A stretch of 64,000 nt of DNA. Origin: Lytechinus pictus. Taxonomy: Eukaryota. The stretch's first letter is position 1. Each line of letters begins with the position of its first letter. Under the pieces are notes generated by a model. That model was not told the DNA's origin, made no database searches, and worked only from the letters and a program-made list of their open reading frames with translations. The translations under genes and the position numbers were made by a program. Of the stretch, positions 12,535 through 25,734 are shown piece after piece. The stretch covers positions 26,352,001 to 26,416,000 of the forward strand of contig NC_087245.1 in assembly GCF_037042905.1 (NCBI RefSeq), in the 5' to 3' direction.

Positions 12535-14355
12535 AAAACACTATTTCTTTGATATTAAATCAACCATTCATATACAGCGCAGACAATGCTGTGGGGAATT
12601 CCAAGTGAACTTTTGATACCATAATGCATTCAAGTTGATGCATAGAGTGCAACAAATGATTTACAAATAAAAGTAAACAAAGGATGTTGCGCAATACAAA
12701 TATACATGTACCTGTACATCATTATACCTCTTCCCTCCTCCAAGTGTAACAGTCAAAAACAAAATTTCAGCTATTTTAGAACCTATTGCTTTCAATGATG
12801 AGACCAACATACATACGTATATACTTTGTAAACATATTACATTGGTATTGAACACTGGCAAGCAAGTTCATTTTACATGCAATACAAACAATTATGCCCA
12901 TTTTTTCCATCTTAATCATTCATCAGTGGCAGATCCAATATACTACAACATGTATGATAATAACCTAAAAACACACCATTACTCATTTTTATGATGAGCC
13001 TTTATTCGTAAAATTGCCAAAATTAGTATTTTTCTTTCATTGCTGCAATTTCCTTTGAAAGTTCATCCATCACAAATAAAGGTTATAGGCCTACATGTAC
13101 CTGTGTCTAAAGTTAAAAAAAATGTACATGTACACATAATAGAAAAATTTAGATTTCTTTTTATTTGTTTGGTTTACATTTCCATTAAATTGCCAACTTA
13201 GGAATTTAGTGATTGATTTCCTTCGTAATAAAAGCACTGCAATTATGCCGTGCACATTATGGGTAAAATAACTATTTCTTCTCACATACATTGTATGATT
13301 TTTAGGGCTCTGAAACAGAATTCGTCAATTTGTTCTTTTTCCTTCAAGATCTTTCAATAAAATCAAGGTAAACCACACATAAAAATAGTCTTTCATCCTA
13401 AATGACAGCTACATGAAGGATTAAGATGTGACACACTGGTACTTAAATAGAGTAACCAGTATGCTGGCCTGATTGTATTCTGATAACCTTATACATTGTA
13501 GATTTGCATCTTTTCTTGTACATGTACATCTTATGATCCACTGACCCTTGTACATGTACACTGTGCATACATGTATGAATGCACCTCAAATAATGTTCCA
13601 TTGTTTTGAGGTCAATGGCCTGTATCACCAAGATTTAATAAAAAAAATACTACCCTTTCCTTGACCTACACATGCTTTTACTTGGAGATAATACAAATTA
13701 CAGGAAATTGATATGAGGAGGAAGTTTCATTTAACACCACCAACAGTCAAGGAACAATGGTTGCATGTCAAAGAGTACATGAACCATTAAATGTTCAGGG
13801 TTTAAGTGCTAAATTTGCAACAATTGGGGAAATGGTCTTAAAGTATAAAACACACCTTTGCACTTCATAGAACGAGGCACAGCCCTTTGAAAATCACCAT
13901 CCTTGTCAAACATGTAATGATCCAGAATGGATTTTTATCTTTGTTTTGAAGGGCACTAAAATTGAATTTAACAACACAACAATACCATACTATATGTATG
14001 TTATAAATAAACCAAACCGACATTACTTTATTCTAGTCAAACACACAATCATCAATCTTGAAAGGGTAATACAGTTAACTTCCATTCAGTCATAACTTCA
14101 ATTTGCTAATTCCATATCAATTTTAAGCAAATCAATTTCCATTTTCTGAGGCAAGATGCAGATCAGCAAACAATCCACATCCATGTAAAATCAATTGTTA
14201 GATTTACTATTGATTTTTAACCTAAAATTGCCTGGCAAATAGGTGTGTTTTTAGCAGTATCCATTGATTTATGGCTTGAACTAAATATGAATAAAGAGAG
14301 TAACATTTTTAAAAGTACTATTACTCACAATTAATCAAAATGTGATTGTGATGTA

Positions 14356-14999
14356 CAGTTGAGGCCAAAAGTTTACATACACCCATGGAATTCAGTAAAA
14401 TTTGTTCGCTTGCCAAACATTGTAAAATTTACTATATCTTCATAAATCTTTTTAAAAAACATGGCAAATTCGCTATCAAATGAAAGAGCGTATTAAGCTC
14501 TTTCACATGATTGGGATGCTGTTTGGATTAAAGTATATTTCAAGTGGAATTTTCTTTGAAGAAAAATAGCAATATTTGTGCCAAATGTATTCTATTGTTT
14601 GTTAAATTATACTTTCAAATATTGTTTCATAGAAATATATAAATGTCAAATCTTTGATTTATATTACATTTTCTATCATGATATGTCACCACTATAACAA
14701 AACAGTGTAATCTGAAATGTTTGTGTTTATAAGTAACTAGCACAAATATGAAATGTTTTTGTCAAGTTTTTATTAGTAATCTGTCTAAGATATGAATATT
14801 TTTTGGAAAAAATGACACCTAAATATTAAGCTCCTGATGACGAAGCACAGTGATGAAGGTGCATAACATACTCGTTTGTTTGATATCAAATTATTCATGA
14901 TAGCACAAATATTTTATAAGATACAGTAAAATTTATGTTTGGCAAGTGTCAACTTTTCTTTGAATTTCCTGGGTGGATGTAAACTTCTGGCCTCAACTG
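14356..14999. mobile_element. Tc1-like non-autonomous element (TA TSD)
   Basis: TA|CAGTTGAGGCCAAAAGTTTACATACACCC ... GGGTGGATGTAAACTTCTGGCCTCAACTG|TA; TIR resembles Sleeping Beauty-type Tc1 ends. Confidence 0.85.
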
Positions 15000-16130
15000 T
15001 ACATGTACATGTTTGAAGAAAGACGAGCACATGGCATTTCCAGACTTTGCATTGTTTAATTGAAACAATGAATATTGAATAAGTGAACTGAGTAAGTCCC
15101 AACTTTTCCTTGTGTTTTGTTACAACATCCAACTTCTTCTTTAACATAAAAATATTACATCATTCAATTTCTTCTAACATTAAAATATGTTTGATATTCA
15201 ATTCAGTATTTATTAAAGTTTTACATAAATCCTTGAAGAATAACAAACTTCTCATTCTGAATTTTCAAAGATTTGATTTTGTGGCATCCCATGTGAATTG
15301 CTCCCCTGTAGCAATTCTCTCTAACAATATAAATGCAAAGAATACATGTAGATTCAGTGGAACAAATTGATTGTCCTGTGCGTTCACAGTGTGGACGATA
15401 AAGCAAAAAACTTATTCAATTTGAAATAATCATACAGAACTTAACCAAAATCGAGATTCTGCTTTGGAAAAAGTTTGGTGTGAATAAACTTTTGTAGCCA
15501 GTCACAAATTTTGACAATCTCATTTTGTAAATACATTACACAACTAAATTATATTTAAAAAAAAAATTATTATATTTATTACCAACATTAACACTCCAAT
15601 AACTAATCTATTGATCACCTGAACCTAGAAAGCAACATTGGCAATCAGGAAAACTTCTATTTGACCTTAGATCTTGATGTTGTCGTTCATTGTCTCAATC
15701 AGAATTCTCCATCACAGTAGTTTCAATACGGACTGAAGTTTATGCAATTAGCTGAAAGTTAATATTTTGATTGCTAACTTCATATAAAAACTACATGTAC
15801 AGCAAATGCAAAGTCTGATTGAAATTTTGACAGACAAGATTGAAGCAAAAATAGAACTGCTCCCAATGACCAATGTAGCTTTAATTTATGAAAGTGGTTA
15901 ATTAGATAATAGAGGGAATATATCTGGGCAATTCTTGAGCAAAATGTGTTTGATAAAATAGAGGGGAAATACGCACGTGGGTTGGATATGAAATTCTATT
16001 ATTGGACATCAGAAGTTTTATTTAAAAAAATGATTTTTAATTAATTCCCAAGACTGACCCAATCAGATATGGACCAGGGTGATTGGCCATTCCATTTGGC
16101 AATCTTGTGGTCAGTGGTCATGCACATATT

Positions 16131-16602
16131 GAAGGGGAAGTTCCTGTCTGATGATAAGTTGGTTTTAATAAGAGCAGGTAAAATATTGGTGAAGGTTTAA
16201 TGAAAATCCATCCAAGAATTAGGGAGTTAGGAAGCATTTTTAAAGTTGTTGTTTTTTTTACGTCAAGAGGAGCAGCTTCTCCATATATTGTGTTATAAAA
16301 TAAGAAAAGGTAATTGTAATTAGTATTAAATAGTGGACATTAATTTTATTTGTGAAGGGCTAGATCAGATGCATCATTTCACATCCCCTTCTATATAAAA
16401 TAAAATAGTTCAATAAAAAAACATATGGAATTTCTATCACAAGATATATATAGGAACTGCTCGCTTTTCAAATCACAAATTAAAAACCTTTGAGAATTCA
16501 GATTTCTTATTCTTTGATATTCATTTAACCATTACCAATATTTTCCATATTTTTTTCTGCTTTTATTAAAACCATCCAACTTCAGTTTATGGTGAACTTC
16601 CC
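16131..16602. mobile_element. Decayed Kolobok-type MITE related to 60561-61065
   Basis: AAGGGGAAGTTC...GTGAACTTCCC ends; shared GGAGCAGCT and subterminal motifs. Confidence 0.5.
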
Positions 16603-17312
16603 CATAGATATCTGATAAACCCTAATATAACCGTTTTTCTGAATGAAACTCATCAAGAGCCGCCAGACATGTCAAGTCTTGCACTGAAGACATGAGACCC
16701 TTGCTTAAGCTTAAAGGTAAATGCTAGTTTTGGTAACGATATCAAAATGAGTTCGTACAGAATCCAATGAAATGACCACCAAAGTGTCTGTTTGTATAAA
16801 TAAAATGCATGTGCCAAAGGATTCTGGAAGAAATTGTGTAATTGCTGAGAAATCAGCAAATAAGCACAGGATTCGGGTAGAGCGTCGGGCCCGACGCTCA
16901 AAGCAATAATTATACACAGTCCCACGTGCGCTTATCTGTGTTGGGGAAGTTCAGTCTGAACATTTTTCAGCGTAGATTTCAAGATTTCACAAAGTTCAGT
17001 TTATGTAACTGTACCAGATTTAGATCCTCGATGATATACTGACAATTAAGCCTGGTTTTACAGACTTTCTCATGAAATCAGTGTTTACTGCAACTACTGG
17101 AATTTCTCTTTAACCTTAAGGGCCTTCAATTTTTAAAATAGCGGCAGATCTCTTTTATTTAGTCTTTTTCACATTTTAATTACAGCCTATCCTCATGCAT
17201 ATACATTAATACACAATGCCTGGTGATCTCATGACATGTGCATGTCCCACAACAATCACATTTTCAGTCTAAAATTGGGAAGAGTTGCCTCGTCAGTTAG
17301 AGTCAGAGTTAC

Positions 17313-17637
17313 GGAGCGTTGCAAGAAAATTGCAATCAATTGCAAGTCTATTTTCAATCATATGTTTTAGGGCCTATTACCTTATTACCGGATGTACCTA
17401 CCTAGGTTACTGGAAAAATGCACTCATCCTACGAACGAGGTTATCTATTACTAATCGTGAGATTTGCAGCCAAGTTTTGAAATTAATTGCCAATTTGTGC
17501 TTGATTGTCTTAACGTTAATCTGCTTCTTGAAACAAACAGTCAGTGTAATCTGATTTGCTACAGTCAAAAATTGATCAACAGCAAACTTAACAGAATATT
17601 TGCAATTGATTGCAAATATTTTCTTGCAACACCCCCC
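17313..17637. mobile_element. Harbinger-like palindromic MITE
   Basis: GTTGCAAGAAAATTGCAATCAATTGCAA / TTGCAATTGATTGCAAATATTTTCTTGCAAC inverted ends. Confidence 0.65.
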
Positions 17638-17938
17638 CCTTCACTTTTTCAGCTGAAGATTGTGTAAACTAATTACAAATATTTTTTGCTAAGATTAGAT
17701 CCAGAGAAAAAAACTAAATGACATAAATGACTAAAAGATTTGCCTCTGAGCTCTGCAACTTCAGGGCGGCGCCCAGTCCAAGTTTATGCCGAGCCCGAGC
17801 CCGCCCAAGTTAGTCCCCGATCCCCAGGCCCAGCACAGGCCAGCCCTGGCCCAGACCCGTCCCAGGCCAGCAGCGCTGCGACGCCTCACTGCAGCATCGG
17901 TGTCTACTCATTTCACTGCGACAGCTACGTAAACATAC

Positions 17939-18052
17939 CATGTCGTTTATCTTGGCCTTCTTGCATTTACCCTTCGACATGTAGACTGCTACAGCACCAG
18001 CAGCAACTATTCCTCCAGCTAAAACCAGCTTGAACGAAGATGAACGCCACAT
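17939..18052 (-). CDS. NT5C3: Cytosolic 5'-nucleotidase III, coding exon 1 of 7 (MWRSSSFKLVLAGGIVAAGAVAVYMSKGKCKKAKINDM; hydrophobic anchor followed by basic residues)
   Basis: ATG at 18052; 114 nt (phase 0) ending at a GTATGT donor; joins exon 2 in frame; resembles the N-terminal membrane-anchor extension of long NT5C3A isoforms; CpG-richer context. Confidence 0.8.
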
Positions 18053-18260
18053 TTTGAGAAAACTAAATTAAATACAGTGCAGAATGGAGGTAATCAACAA
18101 CGGCTGATACGTGTCGCGACGTCGGCGGCTTGATCGGAATTGATCAAATGAGATCGACCGAGAAATACGGTAAATAAATTATAGATGGCGCTATAACAAT
18201 TCTGGCGCGGAAGCTCCACAGAAATACAATTTGTTGGGAAGCCCCCGAAGAGATTAGAAA
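18053..18260 (-). promoter_or_regulatory. Probable NT5C3 5'UTR/core promoter region
   Basis: Local CpG enrichment directly upstream of the first ATG in an otherwise CpG-poor background. Confidence 0.45.
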
Positions 18261-18628
18261 AACTATCAGTCATCATCATCATGTTTCACCAAATCAGAAT
18301 TCCATTCTCTAAACCAAGTCCGGCTAAAATCCACTTCCTTCCCATCATGATTTCATGATGCAATCCAACTTTTCCTCCCCATCATGATGCAATCCATCTT
18401 TTCCTTGGTCAGTATTTCTTGAACTTTTCCCTTTTCATCTTTCGACCTGTGTTTATCCCCACATCATAATAATCAAAGTCTCTTTAATTTTCTCAAGCAT
18501 AATCTATGCCCCTATGCAACCCCCACTCACCCATTTTGTATTTTTCACATTCCTTCTTCATTTTCCGCATGCAGCAGGGAGACATCACGAACTTGCCCCC
18601 CCCCCCCCAAAAAAAATACTTATATATA

Positions 18629-18632
<4 letters not shown>

Positions 18633-18684
<52 letters not shown>
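18633..18684. repeat. (AT)n microsatellite
   Basis: Direct reading. Confidence 0.95.
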
Positions 18685-18688
<4 letters not shown>

Positions 18689-18923
18689 TCATTTTTTTAT
18701 CATGAGGGATTTTTTTTAAATAAATAAATGTTTTGGTTTTTTTGCTAGTAAGGTGAGAAAAAAGAAAACCAACCACTGGTCAAATTTGGCAATCTCATCG
18801 GATCAACTAGTCGGATAAAATCCACATCACCCATGTATTTTTTTCAATCTTACCCTTTCTTTCTTCCTTTCAGCTTTCTTTTTTTTTTCTTTCTTTAATT
18901 CTTTCTTTCTCTCTCTCCCCCTC

Positions 18924-18925
<2 letters not shown>

Positions 18926-18967
<42 letters not shown>

Positions 18968-18969
18968 TC
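18926..18969. repeat. (TTTC)n microsatellite in a pyrimidine tract
   Basis: Direct reading. Confidence 0.9.
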
Positions 18970-19774
18970 GCTCTCCCTCCCTCAGTTGGCGGGGTGGGGC
19001 CTGGGACCCATGCCACTCTCTAAAGTTTCACGACCCCCCAAAAAAAAAAATAATAAAGGGGAGAAAAAGGAAGAAAATAGGAAAGGGAAAATGTTACAAT
19101 ATGATAGAATTTTCTGAATTGTATGTGGCAAAATAAATCGCAAAATTATACATTTTTGTATTACAGAGGTCAAATATTTTGCTCGCTCCCAACTTTTTAG
19201 ATTTTTCCCGCTACGCCCAGTGTGGCCCCTGGCCCCCTCATTTTGGCTCATTATGGCACTGATTGACGGACCCACTGGTCGGGACCTCCACTGCCCTGGC
19301 CTTGCGTAATCAATGTCTTTTTAATCCAACCTATCCACCTGATTATCGCAACTGAACATGACCTTCGAACGATTAAAAAGGAAAGCTGAAAAAAAATGGT
19401 GCATAGTCAATATCGTGAATTCAGATAAGTAAACATTAAACGTCACTCTGTTAAACAAGATGTTTTGCGGAAATCCCAAGAATGCAAACATATCAAAATG
19501 TCAAAGCTTGCGTCAAATATGTTTGCACTGCTGTTAAGGTCTATGTAGGCTACTCGAGTAGAATATTGTTCTGGCTCTACTGCCCAATTATATAGGACAA
19601 CCCATCAATGAATATTATATTGATTAATGAAATCATACATATATACATTATATAGCCTACATCCCGCGAAATTATTTTTCCCACCGAGTTCTGGACCAAC
19701 ATATGAATATTCATGACTTGCGTCTTCGGATTGAGAGTACGCATGTGGATCGTAAGCATTCACGTTGCTCAGAA

Positions 19775-22700
19775 TGAATTAGCATCGTCAAATTACCGGT
19801 ACCCTTACATAGTTACATAGGCCTTATAGGCTTAGATCTATATATACATCCAATTCTTAAACACTTATCAAACTAGCTGCCATTAATGGCAAGACATGTG
19901 CTAGGGTAGGGCTAGCTCCTAGCTTAGGCTAGCGCATTAACTTTACCTCAAATCTGGACCTGTCTAATTAATGCCTAGTACTAATCAGTGTTGTAGTGCC
20001 TTGATGCTCGGCCTTGGCCTTAAGGCGCCTTAATGCCTAGCTACTTTTTCAAAGCCTTGGCCTTGAGGATTTTGAGCCTTAAAATTTTAAGGCATTTTCA
20101 AGGCTTTTTCAAGGCATTTTGTATTTTGTACTTTCATTTGTTTTAAATAAGTAATTATAAATGTTTCAATTGTTTTTTTATATATATTTAATAATGGTCA
20201 CTTCTACCAATCACCAGTAACAGTAGCAGCAGCAGTAGTAAGTGTACTAGCAGTGTCATCAATTGTAATTGTCACCATTATCAAGAAATTCAAACAAAGA
20301 ATACATCAGTTATGAAAAATAGCATTATGTATTGGTAATGTGTTGTAATCATATGATGATAATGACAGTAAATAATAATGGTCATGATCAAGATAATAGT
20401 GCTTTGATGACAAGAATAATTTTAACATCTGACTGCAATTTTGACAACAATTTTCATACTTTAAACATAGCTAACTCTAAAGAACGATAACAAGGTTGAT
20501 TTCTATTCCATTAGGATTTTCCTTGTATTATTTTCTTTGGCCAACAAGAATGTTTTAAGTCTTAATGATATTCTGAAAAGATTTGGTAAACTTGAACGCA
20601 GTCTCCAATTTTGTCATATCCAAATGGGTTATGTCAATGGCATGATGAGCCAGAAACTTTGAGGGGCCAAGCATGGCATATATAGAGCAAAATTTCTGTC
20701 AAAAAAGAAGAAAGCGATTGAAGCGAGCGAGTGAACAAAATTTGTCCCCCTCTTTCTATAAGAAAAGCTAATTTTGCAATAGATTGTTTAAAAAATAATA
20801 TCACATTTACTCCATCTTTTCCTTTCCCTTCCCCCCCCCCCTTGTCTAAGTTTATTCTTGGTGGTGGGACTTCTTCTTCTCTCTATCTCTCTTCTAAATT
20901 TTATATTTGTTTTGGGTCAGATTGACAAAACAAAGGGGAAAAAATGTTTAATTCTTTTTAATCATATATCGTTCAACATTGAATCTCATTTCTCTACAGT
21001 TTCAAGGAAATAAGCAACGTATTTGTTTTTGTGTCAATATGGTTTCAAGAAATAATAATTAACAAAAAATAATTTAATAATTAATAATTATCAATATTAT
21101 CAATAAGTATTAATAATTAATGATTAATTAACTGTTTGATAAAAGTGGTTGTAAGCAGAAAAAAATATGAAAACTGACAAGAGTCCTAAAAATGACTCAT
21201 TTTCAGTTTAAGCATTTGAAAATTTTAGCTTGCGCTTTGTGCTCTCTTGCCCCCCCCCAAAAAAAAAAATCCCTGTAGGATTTTTTTTTCCAAATGAAAT
21301 ATGCCCTTTTTAAAAAAGAAATACCTTCTTTAATAATAAAACATAATACATTTTAGGTTCGAAAATCACAGATTTTGAATCGTACTTGCATCAATTATTG
21401 TTTAGTACAGTACTGCTAATGGTTACAAAAATGTATAGAATGTTGCTTTATGGTTGAAATATCACAAATATTTGGCTCGCTTCCTGCACTCGCATCAATT
21501 ATTGTACTCGTTCTCTTCTCGTTCACAAAAAAATGCTTAGAATGTCCAGTTTTCAGGTTGGAATATCACAAATTTTTGAGCTCGCGCTTTGCGCTCGCAT
21601 TATTTTTTATTGGTGAGTTATGTATCTTATTTAAAATGCAGTAATTAACTGCTTCCTTTACTGGTCAGTATATAAAAAAAATTAGCGAGCGCAAAGTTAT
21701 TTTTTAGTTAGATACACATCTTTTTCATGATTACAAAACCAGCTCAGAATAAAATAATTTCCATGTCTTATTACACGACATGTCAAGAAGTTTGAGCTGG
21801 TGATTCGCGCTGGCAACATCGCGCAAGGAAATTTCAACAATGATTAGCCCCATAATTGACCATAAATCAAGTTTTACAACATCAGAATTGATTTTTTTTT
21901 TCAAAACCGCTTGCTCGCTATGCTTGCTCGCTGAGAAGTAAAACCTAAAGCAAAATATCTATCTTATAATTAAAAATCACTTTAGAAAGCCTTTGCTCAA
22001 CTTAATTTCTATAAAACACACAATTACTTCACACAGTTCATAATCTCATTTTGAAAATGCATGTATCTGTTTGCACAAAAAAACTCATTTTGATAAATGG
22101 GTGCCTTTTTGGCGTTGACTCCATAATAATTTTCTGTTGCCCCTGTCCCATGGAGTGGAGAAAAACATACGTTGACAATGCCAGAATCATAATTATTGCA
22201 ATGTAAATCGCCTATAGAAAAATTATGGATTATGTGTACACAGGTAACTATATCATTATTTTAATATGTCTCTATCATGAAATTATTTTTGTTTTAAATG
22301 TACAAAGGTTAATTTTTTTTTCTCGCTCAGTCCCCTCGCTCACATACATTTTACCATGTGTGATGTCTGCCGCCTAATTGTTAGTTCATTGTTCTGTATA
22401 TCGTAAGTTTGAAATGCCTTGGCCTTGAGGTTTTCAGGCCTTGGCCTTGGGTTTCCATGCCTTGGCCTTTGGTATTGAAGCCTTGGCCTTGGGTATTAAA
22501 GCCTTGGCCTTGGAGGTTTGAGCCTTGACTACAACACTGAATAGCCGACTAATGCCATGGTTAACTTCGAACTGGTTAATTTCGAACTTCACGTTTAATT
22601 AGGTTTAGACAAATATTAGCTTATTTGCCATGGTTTAATATGTCTAGTCCGTATACAAAACCAGTCCTAGATCTAAAAAAAATTTATCTTAGTTCTAGTC

Positions 22701-23754
22701 TAGTCTCTATATCTAGACTCTGATCTACGCTGTATCAGCATGGAACCACTATAGTGTAACAAGGGGGGGGGGGGGGAGACTGTCCCTCTGACGAGTCACA
22801 ACTGATTCAGGGGGCGTGCCCCCTTTGAGAAGCCAAATTAATAATTTGTAATGTAAAAATGCAATGAAAAAGACGTATGTCCCCTTTTTTGAACGTGAAG
22901 ATCTTTTCTTTTTTTTTTTGCTTGTCAATTTTTTTTTCAGCTAAGAAATCCATAATTTGGGGTGAAGACCCTTTTTTTTTGGGGGGGGGGGCTTGTCACA
23001 TTTTTTCGCGGACGAAATATCCTCTAAAAAATTTGCCCCCCTTTTGGAAAATCCTAGGTACACAGTGCGTGCATGGAACGTATTCTAACGTCAGGCACAA
23101 ATTAACGTCAGTGATCTTGATCCCTGTCTTCACCCAAAATTAAGGATATAGCTGAAAAAAATTTGACAAGAAAAAAAAAAAGATCTTCACGTTCAAAAGA
23201 GGGGACAAACGTCTTTTTTCGTTGCATTTTGACATTACAAATTATTAATTTGGCTTCTCAAGGGGGGGGGGGGCACGTCCCCTGGATCAGTTGTGACTCG
23301 TCAGGGGGGCAGTCTGCCCCCCCCCCCTTTGGTACACTAGTGGTTCCATGCTGATAGCGCGTAGATCAGAGTCTAGATCTAGAGACTAGACTAGAACTAT
23401 GAAATTTTTTTTAGATCTAGGACTGGTTCTGTATACGGACTAGACATATTAAACCATGGTAAATAAGCTAATATTGGTCCAAACCTAATCAACGTAAAGT
23501 TCGGAATTAACAAGTTCGAAGTTAACCATGGCATTAGTCGGCTATTCCTATTAGTATTAGGCATTAGACAGGTCCAGATTTGAGGTAAAGTTAATGCGCT
23601 AGACTAAGCTAGCCCTACCCAAGCACATGTCTTGCCATTAATGGCAGCTAGTTTGATAAGTGTTTAAGAATTGGATGTATATATAGATCTAAGCCTATAA
23701 GGCCTATGTAACTACTGTATGTAAGGGTACCGGTAATTTGACGATGCTAATTCA
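19775..23754. repeat. Long inverted duplication: left arm 19775-19985 plus 22540-22943, right arm 23149-23754
   Basis: Continuous reverse-complement match of ~600 bp once the 19986-22539 insertion is removed; ~205-bp spacer. Confidence 0.9.
19986..22539. mobile_element. 2.55-kb non-autonomous TIR element (CAG...CTG, hAT-like ends)
   Basis: TIR CAGTGTTGTAGT / ACTACAACACTG; GCCTTGGCCTTG subterminal arrays; absent from the opposite palindrome arm; no ORF. Confidence 0.85.
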
Positions 23755-25536
23755 GCCAGTGGCGTAATGAGCCAGACGTGGCTCATGGGGCCCAAAATTT
23801 TCCCTCTTTTAAACATATAAATCATTATTATCTTAAAGTCCTATTCATAAAACAATATCACATTTCACCCCTTTCATTATCTCCATTTTATTTTTATTTT
23901 TTTTGGGGGGCGTGAAAATTTGGGGGTCCATGACCCCAAGCCTTCCATCTGTACGCCAATGTGTATAGCTCGTGTCCAAAATTCCTAATTTTAGCAAATA
24001 ATTTTAGCAAAAAGTATCTCTTGATTTGCTCCTCCTATTTCGAAGTGATAAAATTTGTTTTGCTTGTCAGAATTCGTGTAAAAAAAACACCACCCACCTC
24101 ACTCCCCTCAGCAGAGTGAGCACAACTTTGTTCTCTTGTAAGCGGCGCAATGAGCTAATAACTTTGAGGGTTCCAGATATGGCGTATCGGGCAAAATCTA
24201 TAAAAGATGCGAGCGATCGAGTGAGTGAGCTAAAATTTTGATATTTTTATTACAAAAATCTATTTTATGATAATTTTTGACATAATTCAGAAAATTATAT
24301 ATATTTTTACCCTTCTTTCTATCCTTTTTTTTTCGTGGTCATGAATTTTTTTTTTTTTTTGGGGGGGCCGCCCCAAGCTCCCCCATTTGTACGCCACTGC
24401 CTCTTATTTCAACATTCAAAGATTAATGAAATAATGTCCCTTAAAGAACAATTCAGAGATTTTCAGCGTTCCCCTCCTTTGTTTTAATTGAAATCCTGGA
24501 TCTAACCATGGACCTACTAGAGTAGGTCCATGATCTAACCTTGCCAGAGACGCGGAATGATGCATTACTGACACACGACAAGTGGTCGCACGTTTTAGCT
24601 TCTGAATATTATTGACAACACTTCAACCCTGTTGATATAAGCAATCATAATCCAAAATATTAATGAGAAAAGTCATAGAGTTACCATGGAGCTAGACGAC
24701 ACAGTGTTTTGCCCAGATTTCCAACATGACCTTGATTCCGTCAAACTTCTTTCTAAAATATAGCCTAATTTCCAAGATTATTTCAACCTTCAATTAAATA
24801 TTTGACCCTACACTCTTGCTATAAGAGACAATTTGATCATTATAAAACTCATGTTATGAATAATATTAATGTTTTTGATGTTCTGATTTTAATGTCTGTG
24901 ATTACCTTTTCACAACTTCAAAGAAAACAAATGCACAACTTTTTACAACTTCATTTATTATATTATTTTGATGTCAATTTTTCTTTCGATAAGAATGACT
25001 TCATTTCGTGTCAATGATTTGCCAAAGAGAATTGTCAATAATAACCCAAATCAGGGTTAATAAACCCTGGTTATGAACCATGAATAGCTATACCATTCAT
25101 GGCTTATATAATATATATATTTCGCAGGGGGCGCGGGCGGTTTTAAAAATGAATGTGACGGGATAGGCTGAGCCAATTTTTTTAAGGGGGGGGGGGGGTG
25201 ACCAAGCAGAAATCACAATCATTCGGTCATTTTTATTTTTTGTGCACGTTTATTGAAGAAAAAAAAAGTGAAGGGTGTTGAGCCCCCATCCCTCTCCTCA
25301 GTTCTGCGGCCACTGAATTTCGTGGCATGGTGGGGAAAACTTCGTAGAAAGGGGGAAATTTGTTTAATCCATTCAGGTTTTTAGCCGATGACATCACAAC
25401 CCCATTTGAAGGTCATAAACATTCAGGATCCTCATATAGAATGACGCATTCCGCCCAAATTAATTCTGTACTGATTATTATTTTTTAGAATCTGACTCAT
25501 TACTCTCTCCAACAGGGCAGGCCAGTACTTCGTTCT

Positions 25537-25682
25537 GGGGCCCGTTGCAGAAAGAGTTGTGTTAAACGCAAGTTAAAAAATCAATCGCAAGTCCCAAATG
25601 CGCGCTGTTGATTGGTTGGAAATCAAGTTACGCATGATTTTTAGAGTTGCGATTGATCGCAACTCTTTCTGCAGCGGGCCCC
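25537..25682. mobile_element. PIF/Harbinger-like MITE
   Basis: GGGGCCCGTTGCAGAAAGAGTTG...CAACTCTTTCTGCAGCGGGCCCC. Confidence 0.75.
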
Positions 25683-25734
25683 AGATGAGATAGGCGTATT
25701 TTGAACCACATCTTGATCATAATGATAACCATCA

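Noticed and set aside
17740..18033. 97-aa Pro/Ala-rich plus-strand ORF
   Set aside because: Antisense to NT5C3 exon 1 and the GC-rich start of intron 1; low complexity with a non-ATG start.
25050..25101. Two small hairpins (CAGGGTT...AACCCTG and CATGAAT...ATTCATG) as further excision scars
   Set aside because: No convincing flanking direct repeats.
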